From the NCBI GenBank assembly GCA_947630115.1, contig CANRGG010000008.1, positions 351-64,350 on the forward strand: a DNA stretch of 64,000 nucleotides, in the 5' to 3' direction. Below, piece after piece: positions 55,518-64,000 of this stretch. Source of the stretch: an uncultured Clostridia bacterium (GTDB taxonomy: Bacteria; Bacillota; Clostridia; Christensenellales; Borkfalkiaceae). Numbering within the stretch: the stretch's first letter is position 1; the number at the start of each line of letters is the position of its first letter. Both the position numbers and the translations under genes were made by a program. The notes beneath the pieces are model-generated. The model ran no database searches and was not told the DNA's origin. It saw only the letters and a list, made by a program, of their open reading frames with translations.

Positions 55518-56792
55518 ATGGAAGCATTTGAAATCTTATTGCCGCTGGCGCTGATCTTGTGCCTCGGCAAGCTCATGGGGATCGGCGCACAGCGCTTCGG
55601 AATGCCCGCCGTCATCGGCATGCTTGTCGCGGGGATTTTGATCGGGCTCTTGAAATATATCCCTTGGGCGCCCCTTCAAAACGCTCTTTTTTCGGACGAA
55701 GTCGCCTATGTTTTGCGTGTCGTCGCCAAGCTCGGCGTCGTGCTCATCATGTTTTCGGCGGGGCTCGGGACAAATCTCAAAGATCTCAAATCGACGGGCG
55801 TCGCCTCGATCGTCATCACCTCGCTCGGCGTGATCTTCCCCATGCTGCTCGGCTTTCTGGCGGCGTCCCTCTTCTTCGGCTTCGAAAATGTGCTGCAAAA
55901 CCTCTTTTATGGGGCGATCCTCACCGCGACGTCCGTCTCGGTCACTGTCGCGGTCCTGAAAGAACTCGGAAAGCTCGAGAGCAAAATGGGCACTTCCATC
56001 GTCGCGGCCGCCGTCATCGATGACGTGATCGGTATCGTCATCCTCTCGGTACTTACCGGCTTTTCTTTGGGCACGGAGAGCGGTGCAGCGACGGGCTGGA
56101 ACTGGTTCGAGCCAAATCCCATCCTTGTCGTCATCAAGATCGTCCTCTTCTTCGTCATCTTTATCGCGGTCGGCGTGCTGCTCCGCAAGGGCTTTGATAT
56201 CATGGAGCGAAAGCGCCCGCACGACCGCCGGATCCCCATCCTTTCGCTTGCCGCCTGCTTCGTCTACGCCTACTGCGCGGAAAAGCTGTTCGGCGTCGCG
56301 GACATCACGGGCGCCTATCTGGCGGGCATTCTGCTGGGCGGGACCCTCTCCGAGACTCCCTACGTCGAGCGCAAGGTGGACGAAATGGGCTATCTGTTCT
56401 TTTCGCCGGTGTTCTTTGCGAATATCGGCATCGCCAACATCGACTATTTCCGCCAGATCGACCTGCAATTCCTCGCATTCGGGTGTGTGTACGTGGCGGC
56501 GGGGCTTTTGGGAAAGCTCTTGGGCTGCGGCCTGGGCGCGAAGATGTGCAAGTTTTCCACGGCCGATTCGCTTCGCGTGGGGCTCGGCATGATGGTTCGG
56601 GCGGAAGTCGTTCTCATCTGCACCGAGAAGGGCGTCGCGAGCGGGCTCGTAAGTCCGGGGGTCTATCCCTTCGTCATCCTCATCATTCTGCTCTCCTCCA
56701 TCCTCACCCCCATCCTCATCAAGCGATCCTATGCGCGGGAAGAGAAAAAACTTCTCCGAAGCGGTCCGGCGGGCGGTTCGGCTCCCGATTGA
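55518..56792 (+). CDS. Cation:proton antiporter (CPA family Na+/H+ exchanger-type)
   Basis: 424 aa with about 12 TM helices. N-terminal LALILCLGKLMG...PAVIGMLVAGILIG is typical of Kef/NapA-like exchangers. Confidence 0.88.
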   Translation: MEAFEILLPLALILCLGKLMGIGAQRFGMPAVIGMLVAGILIGLLKYIPWAPLQNALFSDEVAYVLRVVAKLGVVLIMFSAGLGTNLKDLKSTGVASIVITSLGVIFPMLLGFLAASLFFGFENVLQNLFYGAILTATSVSVTVAVLKELGKLESKMGTSIVAAAVIDDVIGIVILSVLTGFSLGTESGAATGWNWFEPNPILVVIKIVLFFVIFIAVGVLLRKGFDIMERKRPHDRRIPILSLAACFVYAYCAEKLFGVADITGAYLAGILLGGTLSETPYVERKVDEMGYLFFSPVFFANIGIANIDYFRQIDLQFLAFGCVYVAAGLLGKLLGCGLGAKMCKFSTADSLRVGLGMMVRAEVVLICTEKGVASGLVSPGVYPFVILIILLSSILTPILIKRSYAREEKKLLRSGPAGGSAPD

Positions 56793-56811
56793 AAACTTCA
56801 AAATAAAAACG

Positions 56812-56845
56812 AACGCCGCAGGGTTTGCCTGCGGCGTTTTCTTGT
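56812..56845. terminator. Bidirectional terminator between the antiporter and the Big_2 lipoprotein gene
   Basis: AACGCCGCAGG-gtttg-CCTGCGGCGTT with an A-tract before and a T-tract after. Confidence 0.85.
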
Positions 56846-56860
56846 TTCAAAGATCCGTTC

Positions 56861-57700
56861 TCAGAACTGATACACGATCTCGACGGAGCATGCTTCCGTC
56901 TGATAGGTCAGCGTGAAATTCGTGATGGCCTGCGCGGAATAGGCGACGGAGACCTTCATCTCGTTGCCTTCGATCCCCTTTCCGAGGAAGATAGCGGAGT
57001 CCTTGACGGTCGCGGAGAAGGTTCCATCCCCGAACTGCGGGTCGGAGAACGCGTCCGCCGTGAAATTCACCCCTTTCAAGGCGAGGCTTTGCGGCAGCCG
57101 ATCGGTCTTGTCGCCCGTCGTTTCGATCTGTTTGAAATCCTGATCGAACTTGACTGTGCCGCTCTTTTCCGCGATCTCATTCTCGGGGATCGTGAAGCCG
57201 CCGTCCTGCTCCTCGATCAGGGCGAATTCCTGCAACGTATAGCTGACGGTATAGCCGGAACTCGTCTTTTCGAGAAGATATTTGTCGGTGAGCGTCCCCT
57301 CCGGATAAACCGACCGGATCGTGAGGGTACCCTTGTCGTGCTCCTTTTCGGAAAGCGCTTTCAACTGCTCATATACGGAGACGACCGTCACTTTACAGAC
57401 CGCGGAGACGCTGCCGTCCGCACTAGCCGCCGTCACAGACGTCTGCCCGGGCTTCAAAGCGGTGACGACGCCGTCCTTCACAGACACAACGGAGCTGTCG
57501 CCCGTCGACCAGACCACCGTTTTATCCGTCGCCTCCTCGGGAGACACGGTCGCCGTAAGCGTCTCCCTGTCTCCGACGCCCATCGTAAGTTCGGTCTTGT
57601 TCAGCGTGATCGTCTCTACGGGAATGTTTTCCTTGCAACCGCCCAAAACGAGCGCAAACAGGGCGGTGATCGCAATCATGATACTCAATACTTTTTTCAT
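56861..57700 (-). CDS. Big_2 (bacterial Ig-like) domain lipoprotein
   Basis: 279 aa. Lipobox LVLGGC, one Big_2 domain (LTATVSPEEATDKTVVWSTGDSSVVSV...ALKPGQTSVTA), then ~170 aa of unknown fold. Starts 11 nt after the giant gene's stop. Confidence 0.7.
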   Translation of the reverse strand: MKKVLSIMIAITALFALVLGGCKENIPVETITLNKTELTMGVGDRETLTATVSPEEATDKTVVWSTGDSSVVSVKDGVVTALKPGQTSVTAASADGSVSAVCKVTVVSVYEQLKALSEKEHDKGTLTIRSVYPEGTLTDKYLLEKTSSGYTVSYTLQEFALIEEQDGGFTIPENEIAEKSGTVKFDQDFKQIETTGDKTDRLPQSLALKGVNFTADAFSDPQFGDGTFSATVKDSAIFLGKGIEGNEMKVSVAYSAQAITNFTLTYQTEACSVEIVYQF

Positions 57701-57711
57701 CTTCTACCTCC

Positions 57712-60700
57712 TCATTCTCCGTCTTTGCGTCCGGAGATCCCGACGCCGGTCTCCGCGTTCCCGAAGTGCGATTCGTTGAGCCCGGACATCTGCGCGTTGC
57801 GGGCGTCCACTGCCTCTTTCAGGATCTCATGATCGGCGGGATGTGCCGCCTTTTGCTCGCTCGTCAGCGCATTGTAGCGGAGAATGCAGGCCTTCGCCAC
57901 CGTCCAGTGATCGGCCTCGCTCTCCATGAGTTTTCCGTCCGCAAAGTAGTAAGCGGTATGGGTCGTTTTCTGGACGTCCTCCACGACGCAGATCCCGCTG
58001 TCCACGCTTTCGAACTTCTCCGCCGCAATATAATGGCGCAGGGAGTACGAGTCAGGACAGATTTTCTTGACAAGAGTTTCCGCCGTGCTTCCTTCCAGGA
58101 CGTTCACATGGATCCCGAAACTCCAATGGAAGGTGTTTTCATGAAGTTTTTCAAGTCCGTCCGGCAATACCAGCATGCCGATCTTGCAGCCGCGGAAAGA
58201 GTACGCCTCGATCGTCTTGACGCTCTGAGGCAGGACGACGCGCTCGAGTTTTGTATGGTTGCCGATCTCGCGCAAGCTGTCGTAGCCGATCCGTTCGAGG
58301 ACGCTGCCCTCTTCAAAAGTAAAGGACGCAACGTTCGGGATATTCATCAGGGCAAACTTTCCGATCGCGGTGATGTCCTTCCCGATCTCGAGCGAGGTGA
58401 CGTCAACGATCGAACCCCAAGGACGATCCGCCTGACCTTCGAAATCGTAGGTGGCGCCGCTGCCCGTGATCCGCATGGAATGATCGGTCCCGATCATGAA
58501 ATACGCCTTCTCGCCCGCAAGGCCCGCATTCGCGATCCGATCGGTCGGGACGAACGCGCCCTTTTGGAATTCGAGCTTTTCGCCGCCCGTCTCGATCACG
58601 CCGTGCAATCCGATAAAGTCGTCGCCGAAATAATAAGCGGTCGTCTTACCGTCCTTTGCTACGTTAACAGGGCCTTTCAGGAACTTGCCGCTGAGAAGAT
58701 AGCGCGAGCTGCCCGTCTTGAGATCGTCCACGAGCCCCGTATAGTACGGGATCACTTCTTTGTCGTCTTTGAGACTGTACACATGTCCGCAGACGGTGCA
58801 TTCGAACATGCCGGTGTCCGAATCGTAAGCGAGCTGATGATCGGAAGTCCCGCACTCCGCGGCGCCCTTCGTATAGGAGTCGTAGAGCTCCGTTCTGCCG
58901 TCGGAAAGCACGTTCCAGGCGTTCACCGTAATACCCTTATTCGTCGCAAGAACGGACATATAGATCGCGTTGAAGCCTTGGTCGGCTCTCACGAAGGGAA
59001 GTCCCTGGGTGTCGACCGCATATTTTTTCTCGCCTGCCGTGCCGACGATGAAATGCACGACTCCCTTTTCCTTGTCGATCGTGCCGTTGTCCACCACGGG
59101 CTCCGTGCGCGCATAGCTGTGATCGTTGCCGGTGAAGAAGAAATCGACGCCCGCCTCGACCAGATAATTTTCCAGATTGCTGCGATAGATCTTATCCGTG
59201 CCACCCGCGGGGTTGGTTCCATAGGCGGGCACATGGGCGACGACGATCTTCCAGGCGCATTCGGTGTCCTTGGAATCCTGTACCAGCCACTGGCCGAACT
59301 CCTGCAGCCGCTGCGCGTCGAGGGTGTAGTTGAGGACCGCCACATAGACGGGACCATACTCATAGGAGTAGAAGTCGCCCTCTTTGTCCACGGGGATCCC
59401 GAACGTTTTCCGCGAGATCGCGGTCGTCAGATCGCCCTCCGCCTCGTGGTTGCCGATGACGTGCACAAAGTCGCTCTCTGCATAGATCCCCTTCGAGATG
59501 AGCTTCAATGTCTCCTCCCAAAGCGTATAGTTATTGGGATTGTCAACGATGTCGCCCGTCTGGATCCCGAAGGTATAGTCGACGCCGTCCTTTTCCATCG
59601 CCTCATTCATCTTTTCGACGATCCCGATGTCGCCCTGCATGTCGCCGAGGATGAAGAAATTCGCCTCATTCAGCTTTTCAGGCTTGGTCTTGAACGATTG
59701 GACGGGCGACCAGTTCTTCCCGTCGCCGACCTGATAATAATAGGTCGTATCGCTCTTCAGATCTTTGAGCAGGACGTTGTTGACGATCGTCGCATTGTTC
59801 GTCAGGCTATAATTCATGACAACGCTCTCGCCCTCGGCCTCAACCTCGCCGCTCATATCCGAATGGACGGAATAACGGATCTTCGCCGTCTTTTCCATGA
59901 GCTTTTCGCCCTTATCGTTTGCAAGATACGCCATCCAGGAGATGTTCTTCTGCGTCGCCATATCCTCCACGGAATTGTAGATGACAAAATAGACGTATTG
60001 CTGCTTTTCTCCCTCTTTGACCTCAGGCGCCTTGATCGGATCATAGCTCACGATCTCGGTGTAGAAGGAAAGAAGGGTGTCCTTCGTTTGATCGCCTTCT
60101 TTCTTTTCGAAGGAAGCATAGATCGTGTGTCTGCCCTGCGTTTCAGTAAAGATCTTCTTATCTTTATTCGCTTCGTTATAAACGAGCTTGCCGTTTTCGT
60201 CGGTCGTACCGAGTTCGGTGTTCTCTGTCTGCGCCTCGGCGCCCTCTTCCGCATTTTCGGAAGTCTTTATCAGGTAGATCTTCGCGCCCTGGACAGGTTT
60301 GCCCGCCTCATCGGTGACATAGATCGCGCCGTCGCCGAAGCCGACGATCTGATCTTCGGAGCGGATCCCCAGCTCGGCAAAGACCGCGCTGCTCACCGGC
60401 TTGGTGCAGAATCCGCGAAGGACCTGATGTACGGTCACATCTTCGCCGCTCTTTGCGGTGCCGGGCTCCTCGTCCTCCTGGTTTTCTTCCGTTTCGTCTT
60501 TTTCCATGCCCTTGTCGTTGGCATCCTTAAAGTCCTCGTTTGTCTTGACGGAGAGGGTCGCAACCGCCGACCAGGTGAGCCGGCTGTTCGACGAAACTTC
60601 CGCGGGGATATTCACCGAGATCGTCGCAATCAAGCCCTCCGTCGTGCCCAAGGTCTTGTTTTCGCCGTCCGTTTGCATGATCCGCACGCTGTAAACGCCG

Positions 60701-63700
60701 TTTTGCTTGTCGAGGGTGCCCTTTTCCTCCGCCGTTGCGGTCTCGGGCTGGGGCTGTTCTTCATCTTCCGCGGGTTTTTCGGTCTCGCTCTTGATCGGAC
60801 CGATCTTGAAGCCGTCCGCGGGCGTGCAGGTCACGTCGCCCTGCATGAAGGTGGGCGTGACGGTCAGCGTCAAGTCGGCCGTGCCCAAATTCGAAGGGTT
60901 CGACGCATAGAGTTTCCAGCTGTAATCCTTGCCGATGATCGGCTTCTCGTCCGCTTCGATCCGGAGAGTGTCGAGCTTGGTATCGGGCGCGTCAACCGTA
61001 AAGGTGATCGTCCGGACCTCCTCGTTGCCGAAATCGTCCTTGACCCGGAGCTCGAGGCAGTGCTCGCCGTTGGAAAGATAGAGCGTGAATTTCCGGCTTG
61101 CGCGCCAGATATGCGTGATCTTTTTGTCGCTATCTTCGGTCTCTTCTTCGCCTTTATCGAGCGTTTTTTGCGTTTCGCCGCCATAGCGGACGCCGTCGAG
61201 CCAGAACTGCCCGCCGTTTTCGGCAATGCCGACGTTATAAGGGCTCTTATCCTGGGTGTCGGAAAATTCCGCATAGAACGAAAGGTAATTGCTCTTCAAC
61301 ACGTCGCCGTCTTTCAGATCGACGCGTTTCGTTTCATCGGCGTGCTCGGCGACTTTGAGGTCCTCGATGACGGGGTTGACCGCGTCCTGCGTGTTGCTGC
61401 CGTACTCAAACTGGTAGTTGTCGATCAGAAGCCAACCCTTGTAATCCTCGTTAATAGGGATTTGATGTTCGGGATCGCTCTGCTTATATCTGCCGCAGCC
61501 GCTCGGAGTAACCATGAAGCGGAGGCACATGCCCGCAGGAATCATGATTTTTTTGCCCGAATATTGCGAAATATTGAGGGAGATATACTTCCAGCCCGTC
61601 CATTCAATGCCGCCCAGATAACCGCTGACGTACTGTTGCGTGAAATCGAGCCAAGTATCTCCGCCCCAATTCTCGCCATCCCAAACTTTGATACAACCGC
61701 GAAACCAGAAGTTTGGCGTGCCCTCGGGCGCATAGATCCATACGCCGAAAGCGGAGGGTGAATCTTCAATAATTATATCTTCTTTCAGTCCAATGCAAGC
61801 GCCTTCTGTAACAGTTATGCTATCTCCGGAACAGCTACAACTGCTAAAATCCCAATCCAATTCCAGTGCACTATCCCCAAAACGGACCAGGGAGCCTTTT
61901 TCATCCTCTTCATTTTTCTCTATAACTTTAAGTGTCTCGTGTCCGCCTCTTCCATAATTCACAGAGATAATGCCATGTTCTATCGGCTCAACCGTATAAT
62001 CATTCCCTGTCTTTTGTCCAATAGTTGTATAATCAATTTTATCTGTATCGCCGCCGTCGAAGATAATCCGCGGCTTCAAGCCGACGTTGATCGTCACCTC
62101 TCCGGAAAATTCCTTGCTACCTTCTCCGTCGTCGCTGTCGCCGCCGTCCTCGCTCTCACCTTCGCCGCGCTTGAACTTCGCCGTGACTTTGATCGAGCCC
62201 GAGATCTTCCAGTTGTCGGTGACCGTGAACGTCAATCCGTGGAATTCGCCGTACTTTGTATAATCAAAATTTTCGTCGGGCTCCTCATTTTCTTCCAAAA
62301 CCTGCGTCGCCGTCCATTCGACGTCGCCGTCGTGCATTTTGACCTCTTTCGACTCCTTAAAGGCCTTGAGCCCCAGATCGCTCGTCACGCCAAACCCGAG
62401 ATTTAGCACGGGCGAATCAAATTTGAAATCGTCCGGCTCGAAAATGCCAAGCTGCGTCTTGCCGACTTCTCCCGTCTTTTCGTTCTCGTCGTCCTCTTTG
62501 TCGTCCTCTTTCTTGTCGCGGACGAGTTTGATCGTGATCTCGCTGTTCTTAAAATCTTTTGCCGCCGTGAAAACTGCGGTTGCCCGGTTGAGCTCCACCT
62601 TTTCCGAGGAGAACGTGCCGGCTCCCGCGGGCTCGACCTGCCATTTCACGTCTGCGGGCATAGCGCCGACCATCTGCCCTGCGGAATCGACCGCAAGCGC
62701 GGAGAGCTCGATCGTGCTTCCCGGAGTGTAATATTCGTCGTTGGGCGTCAAGACCGCATGATCGAAATATCCGCTCGGCTTCGCGGTGGAAGCGACCAGA
62801 ATGGAGGAGGAAATTTCACGCTCCACGCCGCCCGCCGAAATATTGCGCTGAACGACACGGCTCTCGCCCTCGCGGCGCGAGATATAGGTCGCCGAGCCGC
62901 CTTCATCGAGTTCCAGCGCATATTGGCAGCCGAGGTGCTTCATGAAGTATGCCATTTCTTTGATGGTATAGCCCGTCGAGCGGGGCGCCTGAATGCCGTC
63001 CGCCTGGAAGAAGATGACTTTGCCGTCCTTCGTCACGCCGACCGCCGTGCGGGGATATTGCCCGCCGTTCGAGCCCTTATTGGCTTCCGCCGCTTCGGTT
63101 ACTTTACCATCTTCGACAAGATTGAACCAGCCGCCAATCGCTTGTTTAATCTTGCCGTGATTTTGATTATCTTTGTTGATTTCCTTTTCGGCATTTTCAA
63201 TGGTAGGATTTTCGGTATTTCCATCGGCATCTTTATTTTTCCCGATAATTGCGGCATAACCATCTTCAAAGATCGCGAGATAAGGGCGCCAAACCATATC
63301 CTTATATAGTGTGCCGTCCATGACGAGCATGGATTGCGGCTCGCCCGTGCCGACATTGAAAAGGCTGGCGTTGATCCCGCCGACGACGCGCTCGCCGCTG
63401 TGGGTATCCTCATAAAGCTGCGCCTGCTTGGTCAATGGCGTCAGGCACCAGCCCTGCTGGCCCGCCTCCGTCCCAGGGTTGCGGTTGCCGTAGCCCGCAA
63501 CAACTTTGACGTTGGGGTCTTTCGTGTCGATCTCCATGACGAACGCTTCGGTCGCGACGGCGTTTGTGCTCGTCTTGAGCGCACGCTCCGTAACGCCCGG
63601 GGCGATCGCATAGGTCGTGTCTGACGTGATCTTGTAGTCTATACCTTCGACCTCAACGGGCGAAGCGTGGACCATCGAGTTTGCGATCGGCATGAAGAAC

Positions 63701-63771
63701 AGCGCGAGCACAAAACAGACAAGCGCCGCCGCTGAGACCGCAAGGATCGCAGACACTCTTTTCTTACTCAT
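57712..63771 (-). CDS. Giant (2019 aa) secreted or anchored multidomain protein: phosphodiester glycosidase, Ig-like, jelly-roll-like, purple-acid-phosphatase-like metallophosphatase and BspA-type LRR domains
   Basis: ATG 63771 with AGGAGG 6 nt upstream; the track start 63801 adds 10 aa. N-terminal TM/signal peptide. NAGPA/DUF2233-like region (GINASLF...YPRTAVGVTKDGKVIFFQADG...ALELDEGGSAT). PAP-like module (TTYYYQVGDGKNWS; GDMQGD, TGDIVDN, GNHE, VAHVP, GNDHSY). Cys4 ribbon (ECGTSDH...ECTVCGH). LRR_5-type repeats near the C-terminus. Confidence 0.85.
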   Translation of the reverse strand: MSKKRVSAILAVSAAALVCFVLALFFMPIANSMVHASPVEVEGIDYKITSDTTYAIAPGVTERALKTSTNAVATEAFVMEIDTKDPNVKVVAGYGNRNPGTEAGQQGWCLTPLTKQAQLYEDTHSGERVVGGINASLFNVGTGEPQSMLVMDGTLYKDMVWRPYLAIFEDGYAAIIGKNKDADGNTENPTIENAEKEINKDNQNHGKIKQAIGGWFNLVEDGKVTEAAEANKGSNGGQYPRTAVGVTKDGKVIFFQADGIQAPRSTGYTIKEMAYFMKHLGCQYALELDEGGSATYISRREGESRVVQRNISAGGVEREISSSILVASTAKPSGYFDHAVLTPNDEYYTPGSTIELSALAVDSAGQMVGAMPADVKWQVEPAGAGTFSSEKVELNRATAVFTAAKDFKNSEITIKLVRDKKEDDKEDDENEKTGEVGKTQLGIFEPDDFKFDSPVLNLGFGVTSDLGLKAFKESKEVKMHDGDVEWTATQVLEENEEPDENFDYTKYGEFHGLTFTVTDNWKISGSIKVTAKFKRGEGESEDGGDSDDGEGSKEFSGEVTINVGLKPRIIFDGGDTDKIDYTTIGQKTGNDYTVEPIEHGIISVNYGRGGHETLKVIEKNEEDEKGSLVRFGDSALELDWDFSSCSCSGDSITVTEGACIGLKEDIIIEDSPSAFGVWIYAPEGTPNFWFRGCIKVWDGENWGGDTWLDFTQQYVSGYLGGIEWTGWKYISLNISQYSGKKIMIPAGMCLRFMVTPSGCGRYKQSDPEHQIPINEDYKGWLLIDNYQFEYGSNTQDAVNPVIEDLKVAEHADETKRVDLKDGDVLKSNYLSFYAEFSDTQDKSPYNVGIAENGGQFWLDGVRYGGETQKTLDKGEEETEDSDKKITHIWRASRKFTLYLSNGEHCLELRVKDDFGNEEVRTITFTVDAPDTKLDTLRIEADEKPIIGKDYSWKLYASNPSNLGTADLTLTVTPTFMQGDVTCTPADGFKIGPIKSETEKPAEDEEQPQPETATAEEKGTLDKQNGVYSVRIMQTDGENKTLGTTEGLIATISVNIPAEVSSNSRLTWSAVATLSVKTNEDFKDANDKGMEKDETEENQEDEEPGTAKSGEDVTVHQVLRGFCTKPVSSAVFAELGIRSEDQIVGFGDGAIYVTDEAGKPVQGAKIYLIKTSENAEEGAEAQTENTELGTTDENGKLVYNEANKDKKIFTETQGRHTIYASFEKKEGDQTKDTLLSFYTEIVSYDPIKAPEVKEGEKQQYVYFVIYNSVEDMATQKNISWMAYLANDKGEKLMEKTAKIRYSVHSDMSGEVEAEGESVVMNYSLTNNATIVNNVLLKDLKSDTTYYYQVGDGKNWSPVQSFKTKPEKLNEANFFILGDMQGDIGIVEKMNEAMEKDGVDYTFGIQTGDIVDNPNNYTLWEETLKLISKGIYAESDFVHVIGNHEAEGDLTTAISRKTFGIPVDKEGDFYSYEYGPVYVAVLNYTLDAQRLQEFGQWLVQDSKDTECAWKIVVAHVPAYGTNPAGGTDKIYRSNLENYLVEAGVDFFFTGNDHSYARTEPVVDNGTIDKEKGVVHFIVGTAGEKKYAVDTQGLPFVRADQGFNAIYMSVLATNKGITVNAWNVLSDGRTELYDSYTKGAAECGTSDHQLAYDSDTGMFECTVCGHVYSLKDDKEVIPYYTGLVDDLKTGSSRYLLSGKFLKGPVNVAKDGKTTAYYFGDDFIGLHGVIETGGEKLEFQKGAFVPTDRIANAGLAGEKAYFMIGTDHSMRITGSGATYDFEGQADRPWGSIVDVTSLEIGKDITAIGKFALMNIPNVASFTFEEGSVLERIGYDSLREIGNHTKLERVVLPQSVKTIEAYSFRGCKIGMLVLPDGLEKLHENTFHWSFGIHVNVLEGSTAETLVKKICPDSYSLRHYIAAEKFESVDSGICVVEDVQKTTHTAYYFADGKLMESEADHWTVAKACILRYNALTSEQKAAHPADHEILKEAVDARNAQMSGLNESHFGNAETGVGISGRKDGE

Positions 63772-63826
63772 ATTATTCCTCCTGAAATTTGTTTCCCGCA
63801 TTATTATGTGGTTTTACACGCTATTC

Positions 63827-63855
63827 ATTCTACCCCAAAACATTTCCAAAATCAA
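63827..63855 (-). promoter_or_regulatory. Candidate promoter of the giant surface-protein gene
   Basis: Minus strand: TTGATT, 17 nt, TAGAAT, in an AT-rich upstream region. Confidence 0.45.
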
Positions 63856-64000
63856 GCAAGGGATTTATGAAATTTTTTCTGCCCCAAATTTGGAAAATAT
63901 TTACAGTTTTGATTATAATTCAACAAGTTTCGACATGTTTCTGATTTATTTTATCATTTTGTGTTAATTATATTGATTTTTATGACGATTTCTTCCATAG

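Noticed and set aside
57766-61761. A 1331-aa ORF on the plus strand, antisense to the giant surface-protein gene. Similar long antisense ORFs occur at 3118-5340, 9818-11218, 15189-16352, 17183-18499, 26622-27923, 27806-29263, 40281-41546, 42251-43759, 43599-44618, 45613-47157, 47883-48926, 49919-51007, 51914-53635 and 55536-56801.
   Set aside because: Each lies exactly opposite a gene with clear family motifs. Their translations are Arg/Gly/Asp/His-rich low-complexity strings with no motifs. Stop-free antisense frames are expected opposite GC3-rich genes.

Overview
This 64 kb window is high-GC (about 55-60% by eye) and looks like a Firmicutes/Clostridia-type core chromosome. The supporting cues are the sporulation genes yunB and sigH, a glgB-C-D-A-P operon, an IspH-S1 fusion, CCA-encoded tRNAs and consensus sigma-A promoters. 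I call 57 protein genes and 2 tRNAs, using motifs read from the translations; no homology search was possible.

Gene content from left to right:
- clpB (5'-truncated), an amidase-domain protein, yunB, murG, a WYL/YafY regulator, tyrS, a YigZ-family protein, and a small membrane-protein/XRE module.
- An EFR1-type ferredoxin divergent from a split feoA / feoA-feoB / Cys-rich peptide locus.
- A TrxR-like flavoprotein, a CNNM/CBS protein, a THUMP methyltransferase and a fused MacB-like ABC transporter.
- On the minus strand, a glycogen operon (glgB-glgC-glgD-glgA-glgP-GH13), then murC, csp, htpG and a TlpA-like lipoprotein.
- Divergent tRNA-Ala and tRNA-Val genes.
- A long minus-strand block: S41 peptidase, a five-gene Na+-decarboxylase/carboxyltransferase cluster, surE, a HI0933-type flavoprotein, aroH-cmk fusion, plsC, ispH-rpsA fusion.
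- A TVP38 protein, rnhA, gpsA, recR-ybaB-dnaX and sigH-rlmB-mrnC.
- A cation/proton antiporter, then a Big_2 lipoprotein and a 2019-aa multidomain surface protein.

I found no rRNA, CRISPR array, transposase, integrase or recognisable defence system, and I cannot point to a clear new multi-gene system. The observations most worth a second look are:
1. A 22-nt operator dyad of the XRE module recurs exactly inside a flavoprotein gene 34 kb away.
2. GTTCG/CGAAC dyads and a terminator-containing AT-rich spacer divide the feo locus.
3. The decarboxylase cluster combines a divergent 12S-type and a 5S-type carboxyltransferase.
4. AroH chorismate mutase is fused to cytidylate kinase.
5. dnaX carries an in-frame A_AAA_AAG slippery heptamer at the position of the E. 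coli tau/gamma site.
6. Two sharply AT-rich cassettes sit inside the giant surface-protein gene.

The many long antisense ORFs in the track are GC-content artefacts.
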